Shown here in pieces: positions 47,957 through 57,145 of a DNA stretch of 64,000 bases; the first letter of the stretch is position 1, and every line of letters begins with the position of its first letter. Source of the stretch: Dehalococcoidia bacterium. Its GTDB lineage: Bacteria; Chloroflexota; Dehalococcoidia; Tepidiformales; Tepidiformaceae. The stretch spans positions 99,240 to 163,239 of the forward strand of contig JAXLWZ010000004.1 in assembly GCA_046328225.1 (NCBI GenBank). Reading direction: 5' to 3'. The notes below the pieces were generated by a model, which had not been told where the DNA came from, did not search any database, and saw only the letters and a list, made by a program, of their open reading frames with translations. A program made the translations under genes and the position numbers.

Positions 47957-48439
47957 TCATTCGAGGCGCATGTACGAAGTCGATTGGATCGTCGGCGCCG
48001 AGATCGAGCTCCCGCCGACGAGCTGCATGATGTTTCCGATGGGCGTCACGAAGTTGAACGCGAACGCCACCTTCACCGACGTCTCTGTCCCGCGCGTGCC
48101 CTGCACGTTCGTCTTCGTGACCGTCACTTTCGAAGCGTCGATCGCGCAGTTGGTCACCGCCGGGTAGGTGCTGCAGAAGCTCCCGTAGAGCTTCGCGTCG
48201 ATGGTCGCGTTATCGGATTGCACCGCCGCCGCTCGGGCGCCTTCGCGGGCCGCGTTGGTGACGACGATCCAGGTGTAGTAGCCGCGTCCGAAGTCCACCA
48301 TGCCGAACAGCAGGAGCAGGAACACGGGCAGGATGAGCGAGAACTCGACCAGCGATTGGCCCTTTTCGCCACCCCGGAAGCCCCGCCGCCCACGCGCGGC
48401 CTGCTGTCCATTGGCGCCAGCGTTCCGCGGTTCGGTCAT
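47957..48439 (-). CDS. tadE: TadE/TadF-family minor pseudopilin
   Basis: GQSLVEFSLILPVFLLLLFGMVDFGRGY TadE N-terminal domain. Confidence 0.7.
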   Translation of the reverse strand: MTEPRNAGANGQQAARGRRGFRGGEKGQSLVEFSLILPVFLLLLFGMVDFGRGYYTWIVVTNAAREGARAAAVQSDNATIDAKLYGSFCSTYPAVTNCAIDASKVTVTKTNVQGTRGTETSVKVAFAFNFVTPIGNIMQLVGGSSISAPTIQSTSYMRLE

Positions 48440-48523
48440 CTTGCTTCCCTCGTCTGGGCACATGGCCCGGATGTGGTTCGGGGGCGGGACGGGAGAGCCC
48501 CATCCCACCCCCGGTGCCTTTGC

Positions 48524-48545
48524 GTTCGCCCCCTCGCGGGGGAAC
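48524..48545 (-). promoter_or_regulatory. Stem-loop between flp and tadE, a possible intra-operon attenuator
   Basis: On the minus-strand RNA: GUUC-G-CCCCC-GCGA-GGGGG-AAC (GNRA-type loop), no U-tract. Confidence 0.3.
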
Positions 48546-48558
48546 CGCGCTCCGCGCC

Positions 48559-48744
48559 TTAGAAGGCCGCGTTCACGCTGCCGAGCGCGCCGTTGATGCC
48601 ACCACCCAGGGTCTGGAGAGCGGCGATGCAGACGACGGCGATGAGGGCGAGGATGAGGCCGTACTCGGCGAGGCCCTGGCCTTCTTCGTCGCGGGTCTTG
48701 GCGGCCACGTACTTGCGGAGCGCCCAGTTGTGAATCTTCGACAT
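48559..48744 (-). CDS. flp: Flp-family type IVb pilin precursor
   Basis: 61 aa; Flp motif G/LAEYGLILALIAVV (prepilin cleavage after Gly, then the EY motif). Confidence 0.85.
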   Translation of the reverse strand: MSKIHNWALRKYVAAKTRDEEGQGLAEYGLILALIAVVCIAALQTLGGGINGALGSVNAAF

Positions 48745-49140
48745 GGTTTCCTACCTCTTCCTGTGGTGGGGCCCCTGCCCCGAATCGAGTTCTCCCCGTC
48801 CTGTGCCCCGGGCCTCCCCGGCCATCTCCAGTGGCCAGCCCTCCCCGGTCGCCCCGCGGCGCTCCCTCTCTGGTGCGCGCTTGCGGGCCTTCCGGCTCGG
48901 GACCGGTGCTCTCGTTGAGGAGCTACTAGCAACTTCGTCCAGAGCCAGCCGCTCTAAAGGTGGGTTACCCCTTGTTCACCGGCCCTTCCCCATCCGGTCG
49001 ATCCCCCGCTCGCTTCCGAAGCTGACCGGGCCGTCGATCGGATTCCGCTGCCCTGTTCACCTTCGACCGCCACCACCCATACCCACAGGGCCCACTCCTG
49101 CCGATGTTGAAAAAGACACGCACGACGGAGTAACCGCCGC

Positions 49141-49776
49141 ATGGCCGCACGCGCCGCCGCCGACCCCACTACGCGATCCCACGTCAGCCCTTCGGCGTTC
49201 CTCCAGGATGCCGCGCTCGTCCTCGTTTCCACCCTCTTCTTCTGGGCGAACGCGCGCGAAGCCCTCGATGGGCACCTCCGCAACATCCCCTTCGCCTTCG
49301 AACAGGGATTGCTCGTCTTCATGTTCCTGAGCCGCCGCCGCGCCATCGCCACCAGCACGCGGCCGATCGATTGGGTGGTCGCGATCGGCGGCTGGACGGC
49401 CCTGCTCCTGCGCCCCCACGACGGCCACTCCACGCCCGAGCTCGCTGGCACCGCCATCCAGGTCGCGGGGCTCTGCCTCGTCTTCGTCGGCTTCAGCTAC
49501 CTGGGGCGCAGCTTCGGCGTCGTCGCCGCCAACCGCGGCCTGAAAGTGAACGGCCCCTACCGGCTCGTCCGCCATCCCATCTACTTCGCCCACTTCGTCA
49601 CGATGTCCGGCTATATCGTGGGCAACCCCACGCCCTGGAACATCGGCGTCTTCGCCCTTACCGCCATCTTCCAGGTGCTCCGCATCCGCGCCGAAGAGCG
49701 CATCCTCTCCGATACCGCGAACTACGCCGAATACCGCGCCCGCGTCCGCTACCGCCTGCTTCCCGGCATCTGGTAG
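49141..49776 (+). CDS. Isoprenylcysteine carboxyl methyltransferase (ICMT)/phospholipid methyltransferase-family membrane protein
   Basis: GPYRLVRHPIY...RAEERIL motif of the ICMT/PEMT family; multi-TM. Confidence 0.7.
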   Translation: MAARAAADPTTRSHVSPSAFLQDAALVLVSTLFFWANAREALDGHLRNIPFAFEQGLLVFMFLSRRRAIATSTRPIDWVVAIGGWTALLLRPHDGHSTPELAGTAIQVAGLCLVFVGFSYLGRSFGVVAANRGLKVNGPYRLVRHPIYFAHFVTMSGYIVGNPTPWNIGVFALTAIFQVLRIRAEERILSDTANYAEYRARVRYRLLPGIW

Positions 49777-49817
49777 GCGCCCCGGCGGCCTTCTGCCCGC
49801 GCCGTTACACTGTCGCC

Positions 49818-50495
49818 ATGGAAGTTGCGAACGAGATCATGGTCCGCGGCATCGTCGTCGGCGTGTTCCAGGAAAACTGCTGGGTCATCGGCAATCGCCG
49901 CACCCGCGAAGCGATCTGTATCGACCCCGGCGACCAGCCCGACGAGATCCTCGCGCTCGCCCGCGACATGGGCGTCGAAATCAAGCTCATCGCCAACTCC
50001 CACGCCCACATCGATCATGTCCTCGGCATCCGCGGCATCCACGCCGCCACGGGCGCGAAGTTCCTGCTCCACCACCAGGACCTCGACCTCCTGCGCGACG
50101 GCTTCGGCATGTCCGCCGCCCGCTTCGGCCTCGATCCCACGCAGAAGCCCCCCGACCCCGACGCCTTCGTCGAGGACATGGACACCGTCGAGGTCGCCGG
50201 CCTGCAGCTCAAGGCCATCACCACCCCCGGTCACACCCCCGGCAGCGTCAGCTACTACGCCGAGGGCATGCTCTTCAGCGGCGATACCCTCTTCCGCGGC
50301 TCCATCGGCCGGACGGACCTTCCCGGCGGCGACCTCGCCCAGGAGATGACGAGCATCTGCGACCGCCTGCTCACCCTCCCCGACGACACGATCGTCCTGC
50401 CGGGGCACATGCAGGAGACCACCGTCGCCTTCGAAAAGCAGTACAACCCCTTCGTGCAGGAGTGGCGCCGCCACCTCGAGTCGCTCGAGCGCTGA
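49818..50495 (+). CDS. MBL-fold metallo-hydrolase (glyoxalase II-like)
   Basis: HAHIDH (HxHxDH) zinc motif, TPGHTPG, downstream His/Asp ligands. Confidence 0.8.
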   Translation: MEVANEIMVRGIVVGVFQENCWVIGNRRTREAICIDPGDQPDEILALARDMGVEIKLIANSHAHIDHVLGIRGIHAATGAKFLLHHQDLDLLRDGFGMSAARFGLDPTQKPPDPDAFVEDMDTVEVAGLQLKAITTPGHTPGSVSYYAEGMLFSGDTLFRGSIGRTDLPGGDLAQEMTSICDRLLTLPDDTIVLPGHMQETTVAFEKQYNPFVQEWRRHLESLER

Positions 50496-50630
50496 GCGAG
50501 CCGCCCGGTAAACCGCCGCCCTTCGTCAGGCTCCCGCGATGCCCCCACGCCCGTTCGTGACTGTGGCGTACGCCCGCCGCGTTCCAATAGGTGCACGGCC
50601 GGGGATCGAGCCGGCCCGAAGGGGGTTCCT

Positions 50631-50759
50631 ATGAATCAGCAATGCGACCGGTGCGGACAGCAGATCCAGGGCGACGCCTTCCACTACCGGGACCGGAACT
50701 TCTGCTCCCAGGATTGCCTCAGCTCCTTCAAGCGCGAGGAAGCCGGTGCGTCCCGCTGA
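50631..50759 (+). CDS. 42-aa TRASH/YHS-like Cys4 mini-protein (MNQQCDRCGQQ...FCSQDCLSSF)
   Basis: ATG with GAAGGGGG RBS; CxxCG-x16-FCSxxC; distantly paralogous to the three minus-strand copies nearby; absent from the ORF track (<60 aa). Confidence 0.45.
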   Translation: MNQQCDRCGQQIQGDAFHYRDRNFCSQDCLSSFKREEAGASR

Positions 50760-50790
50760 CGCACCGGCTTCACGTGTGACCGGGGTACGC

Positions 50791-50815
50791 GAAAGGGGCC
50801 GATTCGGCCCCTTTC
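50791..50815. terminator. Bidirectional hairpin terminator between the convergent mini-genes
   Basis: gaaaggggcc-gattc-ggcccctttc, followed by T-rich sequence on the + strand. Confidence 0.5.
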
Positions 50816-50837
50816 GCATGGTTTCTCCGGGCAGGCT

Positions 50838-51026
50838 TTAGAAACCCGCCGGGGTAGCTTCCTCGGTCGACTTCTTGTGACGGAGCAGCGCCTCGAGCGT
50901 GAAGCCAAGGTCCGCCTTCTCGCACAGCGAGCTGCAGTAGGTCATCTTCAACGACGAACTCGGGGACTTGCGCCAGTCGTAGCGCAGCCCGCAGCGAGCG
51001 CACACCTTGATGTTGTCCAGGCTCAT
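50838..51026 (-). CDS. TRASH-like Cys4 mini-protein, tandem copy 1 (62 aa)
   Basis: Core CARCGLRYDWRKSPSSSLKMTYCSSLCEKADLGFTLEALL; internal Met start (the track ORF extends to 51143). Confidence 0.55.
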   Translation of the reverse strand: MSLDNIKVCARCGLRYDWRKSPSSSLKMTYCSSLCEKADLGFTLEALLRHKKSTEEATPAGF

Positions 51027-51174
51027 CCCCGTTGCACCGGGGCCGATGATGGGCGTATCCACGTTCCCTCCCCACGTCCTGAGTGACGTCCACTTACAGA
51101 ACGTAGTTCCAGCGTAGAAGGTTCCGTTCGCTGCCGCCACCACGGTAACAGCAGCTTAAAGAAACCTCCCCTTG

Positions 51175-51363
51175 CTAGGCCGCCACGGTCCGCTCGGACC
51201 GCAGGATCGTCTCGATGGTGAAGCCCAGGTCCGCCTTCTCACAGAGCGAGCCGCAGTACGTCATCTTCAGCGACGAGCTCGGCGACCGCCGCCAGTCGTA
51301 GCGCAGCCCGCAGTGCACGCACGTCACGATGTTCTTCGGGTCGAATTCGGTGATCGTTCCCAT
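51175..51363 (-). CDS. TRASH-like Cys4 mini-protein, tandem copy 2 (62 aa)
   Basis: Core CVHCGLRYDWRRSPSSSLKMTYCGSLCEKADLGFTIETIL; GGAAGGAA RBS before Met19 of the track ORF. Confidence 0.55.
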   Translation of the reverse strand: MGTITEFDPKNIVTCVHCGLRYDWRRSPSSSLKMTYCGSLCEKADLGFTIETILRSERTVAA

Positions 51364-51480
51364 GGCGAGTATTCCTTCCCCCCGGGCCGTTCCCGGCCCT
51401 GGGTCAGAGCGTGGCATTCACCGGAAGCAGGGCGCACCGCCATTAGGAGCAGAAAACACCCGCCTTTCGGCCGAAACTCC

Positions 51481-51672
51481 TCACGCCGCCAGCAGCGAAC
51501 GCCACGCCGGGCGCACACGCTTGTAGTCGTACAGGAGCGTCTCGATGGTGAACCCGAGGTCCGCCTTCTCGCACAACGACCCGCAGTAGGTCATCTTCAG
51601 CGACGAACTGGGCGATCGCCGCCAGTCGTACCGCAGGCCGCAGCGTCCACAGATCCGGATCGGGTTCTCCAT
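51481..51672 (-). CDS. TRASH-like Cys4 mini-protein, tandem copy 3 (63 aa)
   Basis: Core CGRCGLRYDWRRSPSSSLKMTYCGSLCEKADLGFTIETLL; GGAGGAAACC RBS. Confidence 0.6.
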   Translation of the reverse strand: MENPIRICGRCGLRYDWRRSPSSSLKMTYCGSLCEKADLGFTIETLLYDYKRVRPAWRSLLAA

Positions 51673-51878
51673 CGGTTTCCTCCGCGAACGGCCCCCCGCG
51701 CGAACGGGGTACCGTCATGGAGCGATCATCGGCATGCGCCCCGGCTACGGGCACTACGGGGTTTCGCCGATCCATTGCAGAACCGCACCGGGGTAACCCT
51801 CATGCGAGCCGCCTGCAATCCCTCGACTTCCCCGGTGCCCTCCCGCTGCGATACCGACGGCCGGCGGGCCACACCTCG

Positions 51879-53168
51879 CTACGCCTTGAGCGCGATCTCC
51901 CGGAGGCGCTGCATCGCCCGCGCGCGGCGCTGCTGCGCCTCCGGCAGCTTCGCAATGTCCTCCTCGGCGATGGCAAAGCCGTACGCCCGGTACGGCTCGA
52001 TCTGGTCGTCCGTCAGCTTACGCATCCATTCCTTCCGCTGGAACGCCGCCTCCACGTACGGCGCGAGCTCGTCCGCCTTCCGCCGCGCACGCTCGTCCTC
52101 GCGCTCCTTGAACTCCGGCATCACCGCCGACGCGAACAGGTCGAGCGACTCGCAGATGTCCTCGTGCCGGTTGTTCCCGCCCTGCTGGATGAACACCGTC
52201 TGGTCCACGCCGGCCGCCGCGAACTCGGCCAGGTGCGCGCGCATCGAGTCCGGCGTGCCGATGCCGCCGGTGCCGCCGCCCATCACTTCCGTCCCCAGCG
52301 CGTCCCGCACGGCGATGTACTTGTTCCAGATGTTCGTTCGCCCCGGCTTGTGCTCGCCGAAGTTGTAGTGGTGCCCCAGCGCGAACTGGAAGAAGCGGAA
52401 GCCATCGAGCCCGCGCCGTGCCGCCTCCGCCGCGTCCGGATGGCACGAAAAGCCTGTCACCATCGCCACGTTCGGGTTCACCGCATGCCCGATCGGCACG
52501 CACTCGCGCTTGAACGTCTCGTAGTAGTCGTCGACCCATTTCTTCGCCTCCGCCGGGTCCACGAAGGCGAATGTCAGCGCGCCGATGCCCAGCTGGGCGG
52601 CGAGGTGGATCGTGTCCCGGTTCGAGCAGGCCACCCAGAGCGGCGGATGCGGCTTCTGCACCGGCTTCGGCACGATGTTCCGGGTCGGCATCGAAAAGAA
52701 CCGCCCCTGGAAGCCCGGGTACGGGTCCATCGCCAGCATGTTCGCGACCTGCTCCGTCGTCTCGCGCCACATCGCCCGCCGCTCCGAAGGCTCGATCGCG
52801 AACCCCTCCAGCTCCGCCCGCGAGGCCGATTCGCCCGTGCCCCACTCCACCCGCCCGTTCGAGACCAGGTCGAGCGTCGCGATCTCCTCCGCGATGCGCG
52901 CCGGGTGGTTGTAGTTCGGCGGCATGAGCTTGATCCCGTGTCCCAGCCGGATGTTCTTCGTCCGCTGGCTGGCCGCCGCCAGGAACACCTCGGGCGCCGA
53001 GGAATGCGAATACTCCTCCAGGAAGTGGTGCTCCACCTCCCACGCGTAGTCGATCCCCAGCCGGTCCGCGAGCTCCACCTGCGAAAGCGCGTCCTGGAAC
53101 AGCTTCAGCTCCGCCCCTTCGCCCCACGGCCGCGGAATCTGGTGCTCATAGAAGATCCCGAACCTCAT
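51879..53168 (-). CDS. LLM-class flavin/F420-dependent oxidoreductase (large luciferase-like monooxygenase)
   Basis: MRFGIFYEHQ ... luciferase-like TIM barrel with a long C-terminal extension. Confidence 0.8.
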   Translation of the reverse strand: MRFGIFYEHQIPRPWGEGAELKLFQDALSQVELADRLGIDYAWEVEHHFLEEYSHSSAPEVFLAAASQRTKNIRLGHGIKLMPPNYNHPARIAEEIATLDLVSNGRVEWGTGESASRAELEGFAIEPSERRAMWRETTEQVANMLAMDPYPGFQGRFFSMPTRNIVPKPVQKPHPPLWVACSNRDTIHLAAQLGIGALTFAFVDPAEAKKWVDDYYETFKRECVPIGHAVNPNVAMVTGFSCHPDAAEAARRGLDGFRFFQFALGHHYNFGEHKPGRTNIWNKYIAVRDALGTEVMGGGTGGIGTPDSMRAHLAEFAAAGVDQTVFIQQGGNNRHEDICESLDLFASAVMPEFKEREDERARRKADELAPYVEAAFQRKEWMRKLTDDQIEPYRAYGFAIAEEDIAKLPEAQQRRARAMQRLREIALKA

Positions 53169-53405
53169 TCGCCCTGCCCTCCTGTCGCGGCCGCACCATA
53201 CCAACCAGTTTGAAATCCGAGAAGTATTTACCCTTGATTACCGACGCGGGCACTGCCACAATCCCGCGCACGCCGCCCGGCCAGCCGGGCACGCGCTAAG
53301 GAGACCAATGGTCGAACGGGATTCGGTGCCGGTGGCCGCACCCGATCCCGCTCCCCCATCGCCCGCCTGGCGCCGCGGTGTCCGTTCCCACCTCGCGACC
53401 ACGGA

Positions 53406-53933
53406 GTGCATGCCATGCTCACCCCGCCCCCGCCGGACCTGGTCCTTTCGCCCCTCGAAGCCGCCATGACGGAGTTCTTCAAGGCCAGCGCCCTGATGGA
53501 GCCCCTCCGCCTCCGTATCTGGGATACCGAGGGCCTCACGGTCACCCAGTTGCGCCTCCTCATGCTCGTCTCCGATGCCCCCGGCATCTCCAACGCCGAG
53601 CTCGCCGATCGCCTCTACATCACCCGTCCCTCGGTCTCAGCGCTGCTCGAGCGGCTCGAGCGCGGCGGCTTCCTTCGCCGCGACATCTCCCCCACCGACC
53701 GTCGCGGCATCTGTATCAAGCTCGAAGACCGCGGCCTCCGCGTCTGCAGCCAGGTCTCGAACGAAGTCCGCGATTACACCGTGGGCCTGATGAAGGACCT
53801 CAGCGAAGTCGATCTCGCCGAGCTTCAGCGTGCCCTGGCGAAGATGGTCGAAGCCGGCGAGCGCCGCCGCGCACTCGACCTCCAGTCCGAGAACGGCCGC
53901 GTGCACGAATTCGCTCACGCCTCCGCGAGGTAG
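53406..53933 (+). CDS. MarR-family transcriptional regulator
   Basis: wHTH LTVTQLRLLMLVSDAPGISNAELADRLYITRPSVSALLERLERGGFLRR; divergent from the LLM gene. Confidence 0.75.
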   Translation: MHAMLTPPPPDLVLSPLEAAMTEFFKASALMEPLRLRIWDTEGLTVTQLRLLMLVSDAPGISNAELADRLYITRPSVSALLERLERGGFLRRDISPTDRRGICIKLEDRGLRVCSQVSNEVRDYTVGLMKDLSEVDLAELQRALAKMVEAGERRRALDLQSENGRVHEFAHASAR

Positions 53934-55618
53934 TGCGTATCGCGAACAGCCCGCGAAAACCGTAACGCCTCCGCGGCGTCGTATCCGAGTGCGATGAGCG
54001 CCTGGCGCATGAGTTCCAGCCCGCCCTCGTACTCGGGCACCACGACTTCGCCCGCGCCGAGCTGGCGCATCACCGCCACCTCCCCGGCATCGCGCGCCCG
54101 CACAATCACCCGCAGTCCCGGGTTCAGGCGCCGCGCGTTCGCCACCGTCAGCAGCGCCGTGCTTTCGTCCGGTACGCACACCACGAGCAGCGCCGCCCGT
54201 TCGATCGCGGCCCGGTGCAATACGTCCACGCTCGCCGTGTCGCCCCAGGCCGCCGGGATGCCCGCTCCCGCCAGCCTTCGCACCAGCTCCAGGTCCGAAT
54301 CCACCGCGAGGAACGGCAGCTCCAACTGCCCCAGCGCATGCCCCGTGAGCTGTCCCACCCGGCCATACCCGGCGATCACCGCGTGCCCGGACATGCCCTC
54401 CCGCGCCTCCGGGAGCGGTCCCTGGCGGTCGGCCCAGCGCCACAACACGCCCGTACGCCGGAAGACGCGCTCCCACGCCGGCACGCCCGCGAACGTGATC
54501 GGATTCAGCGTGATCGAAAGCACCGCCGCCGCCAGCACCGCGTTGTACGCCGGCGCATGCATGAGCCCGCCCTCGACGCCTTCGCGCGCGATGATGAACG
54601 AGAACTCCCCGACCTGCGCGATCCCCGCGCCCGTGAACAGTGCCGTCCGCGCCGGGTACGGGAACGCGGCCGCGATCACCGCCGTGCCGAGCCCCTTCAC
54701 CACGAACACGATCCCGCACGCCGTCGCCACCAGCCCCGGGTGATCGCGGAACACCGCCGGGTCCAGCAGCATCCCCACGGAGACGAAGAACAGCACCGCG
54801 AACGCCTCGCGCAGCGGCACCACGTCGGCCGCCGCCTGGTGGCTCGTCTCCTTTTCGCTCACCACCACGCCCCCGACGAACGCCCCCAGCGCCACCGACA
54901 ATCCCGCCGCCGCAGCGCCCGCCGCCACCCCCAGCGCCACACAGACCACCGCCAGGATGAACAGCTCGCGGGAGCCGAGGCGGGCCACCTCCGCCAGCAG
55001 CCATGGCACCACGCGCGCCCCCGCCGTCAGCACGACCGCGAGGAACACCGCCGCCACCAGCAGGTCGCGCCCCGCCGACCGCACGAACGCGTCGAAGCCG
55101 CCCGCCTCCAGCGCCGGGAGCATCGCCAGCATGAAGACCGTCGCGATGTCCTGCACGATGAGCCAGCCGATGGCCACGCGCGCGTGCACCGAACCCATCA
55201 TCCCGCGCTCTTCCAGCGCCCGGACGACGACCACCGTGCTCGAAATCGCCAGCGCGAACCCCAGCACCACGCCTTCGCGGCCGCCGGCCCCGAAGTGGCC
55301 GCCCGCCCAGGCCGTCACGCCCGTCACCAGCGCCATCTGGATCAGCGCCCCGGGGATGGCCACCTTCCGCACCGACCAGAGGTCGCTCACGTTGAAATGC
55401 AGCCCCACGCCGAACATCAGGAAGATGATCCCGATCTCCGCGAGCTGCTCGAGCGTCGCGACATCGCCTTCGTACCCCGGCGTGAACGGCCCGATGGCCA
55501 CGCCCGCCGCCAGGTACCCCACGATGGGCGACAGCCGCACGAGCTTCGCCCCCAGCCCGCCGGCGAGCCCCACGCCCAGCGCGATCGCTACCTGTTCGAT
55601 GAGATGGGCGTCGGCCAT
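53915..55618 (-). CDS. CPA2-family cation:proton antiporter (Kef-type) with C-terminal TrkA-N/RCK domain
   Basis: N-terminus aligns with KefB (HLIEQVAIALGVGL...GYLAAGVAIGPF); RCK Rossmann motif AVIAGYGRVGQ; start chosen at MADAHLIEQ. Confidence 0.8.
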   Translation of the reverse strand: MADAHLIEQVAIALGVGLAGGLGAKLVRLSPIVGYLAAGVAIGPFTPGYEGDVATLEQLAEIGIIFLMFGVGLHFNVSDLWSVRKVAIPGALIQMALVTGVTAWAGGHFGAGGREGVVLGFALAISSTVVVVRALEERGMMGSVHARVAIGWLIVQDIATVFMLAMLPALEAGGFDAFVRSAGRDLLVAAVFLAVVLTAGARVVPWLLAEVARLGSRELFILAVVCVALGVAAGAAAAGLSVALGAFVGGVVVSEKETSHQAAADVVPLREAFAVLFFVSVGMLLDPAVFRDHPGLVATACGIVFVVKGLGTAVIAAAFPYPARTALFTGAGIAQVGEFSFIIAREGVEGGLMHAPAYNAVLAAAVLSITLNPITFAGVPAWERVFRRTGVLWRWADRQGPLPEAREGMSGHAVIAGYGRVGQLTGHALGQLELPFLAVDSDLELVRRLAGAGIPAAWGDTASVDVLHRAAIERAALLVVCVPDESTALLTVANARRLNPGLRVIVRARDAGEVAVMRQLGAGEVVVPEYEGGLELMRQALIALGYDAAEALRFSRAVRDTHYLAEA

Positions 55619-55701
55619 CGTCCAAGCGTACGGGATTGCCAGCGCCAACATGTCCCGTGCGACGGACATCACGATCCGGGCGATGCGCGTGTGTTCGACC
55701 G

Positions 55702-56739
55702 ATGAGCCGTCACCCCGGGCGCTCCGTGCGCCATACTCCCGGTGTGCCGAAGCCGTTCGCTGCCCTTGCCACCGTCCTCGTGCTCCTGCTGACCACCGCC
55801 TGCGGCCGGGGAGACCACGCCGCGAGCCCTGCTTCGCCCGCGCCCACGGAATCGCCAACCGCGGTGGCCGCGTCGCCGTCGCCCGCGGCGCTCGTGTCAC
55901 CGACGGCCGCGCCGCTCGCGCGCGGAGTCAGCACGCGCACCTTCCGCCATGGCGGGCTCGAACGCTCCTACCGCCTCTATCTGCCGGCGGCGGCCTCCCG
56001 GCCCGGCGCGAGCCTGCCGCTCGTGGTGGCGCTCCATGGCGGCCTCGGCGCACCCGACCAGTTCGCCGCCACCAGCCGCCTGGAAATGCTCGCCGAGTCC
56101 GAGGGCTTCATCGCCGTCTTCCCCGCCGGCATCGAGCGCACATGGAATGGCGGGAACTGTTGCCGCCCGGCGAGCGCGCTCCGCGTCGATGACACCGGCT
56201 TCCTCGCTGCCCTCATCGAGTCGCTCCAGGCCACCCTCCCCGTCGATGCGAAGCGGGTGCTCGTCACTGGCCACTCCAATGGCGCGATCATGGCCTTCCG
56301 GCTCGCCTGCGAACGCCCCGATGTTGTCGATGCCGTCGTCGCCGTCGCGGGCTCCCTCGAGATCGACCGCTGCCAGCCGTCCGTGCCCGTCCCCCTGCTC
56401 GATATCCATGGCGACGCCGACCGCAACCACCCGCTCGCCGGCGGCCAGGGCGACCGCTCCGTCGCGAACGTCGACTTTCGCTCCACCGCGGACACGATGG
56501 CGATGTGGACCGCCGCGCTCGGCTGCGCCGCGACGCCAACCAGCGCGGCGGCCGGCCCGCTCACGACGACCTCATGGATTGGCTGCCGCGGCGGCGTTCG
56601 CACCGAGCTCGTGGTCATCGCCGGCGCCGACCACCCCTGGCCCGGGAGCGTCGGGCGCTCGGCCGCCGGCGGCGAGCCCTCGCAGGCGCTGGATGCTTCG
56701 CGCGCCGCGTACCAGTTCCTGCTCGACGTAACGAAGTAG
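55702..56739 (+). CDS. Secreted lipoprotein esterase of the PHB-depolymerase/LpqC-like alpha/beta hydrolase family
   Basis: Lipobox LLTTAC, nucleophile elbow GHSNG, HGG oxyanion motif; an alternative GTG start at 55744 is possible. Confidence 0.65.
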   Translation: MSRHPGRSVRHTPGVPKPFAALATVLVLLLTTACGRGDHAASPASPAPTESPTAVAASPSPAALVSPTAAPLARGVSTRTFRHGGLERSYRLYLPAAASRPGASLPLVVALHGGLGAPDQFAATSRLEMLAESEGFIAVFPAGIERTWNGGNCCRPASALRVDDTGFLAALIESLQATLPVDAKRVLVTGHSNGAIMAFRLACERPDVVDAVVAVAGSLEIDRCQPSVPVPLLDIHGDADRNHPLAGGQGDRSVANVDFRSTADTMAMWTAALGCAATPTSAAAGPLTTTSWIGCRGGVRTELVVIAGADHPWPGSVGRSAAGGEPSQALDASRAAYQFLLDVTK

Positions 56740-57097
56740 TCTCCCACTCCCGAGTGAACAGCTGGTTGACGGGTACCAATGGCCCACACGCATGGGCCCG
56801 TCCGGACCACGCACGCCGTGCGCGAAGGGGTACAACTGATACATCAACGGAGCGGGAACCGGGGCGAGCACCGCAAACGGGATGGCCGGAAGGACAGGAG
56901 GCAACGAGATGCGCAGCAACATCCACGCCCTGTTCGGAGTACTCCAGGTCGATAGGCAGACCTCCGGGCAATAGCCCACAGGCGGCCTGGCTGCCACGAA
57001 CGCGCCGGATGCACCCTCCCCCATTCGGAGACCCGGCAACCCAACAGCGGCAATAACGAGGCAGGCCGAGACCGCCGAACCCATGGCAAATGAAACG

Positions 57098-57120
57098 AAG
57101 GCCCCGGAAACGGGGCCTTC
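57098..57120 (-). terminator. Terminator hairpin 26 bp downstream of thrS
   Basis: gaaggccccg-gaaa-cggggccttc; the minus-strand RNA is followed by GUUUCAUUUG. Confidence 0.5.
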
Positions 57121-57145
57121 GCGTTGTCATGAACCGGGCCGGCTC

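Noticed and set aside
49141-49776. ICMT-family membrane protein as the missing TadV prepilin peptidase
   Set aside because: It has the ICMT/PEMT GPYRLVRHPIY motif and lacks the two catalytic Asp motifs of A24 peptidases.
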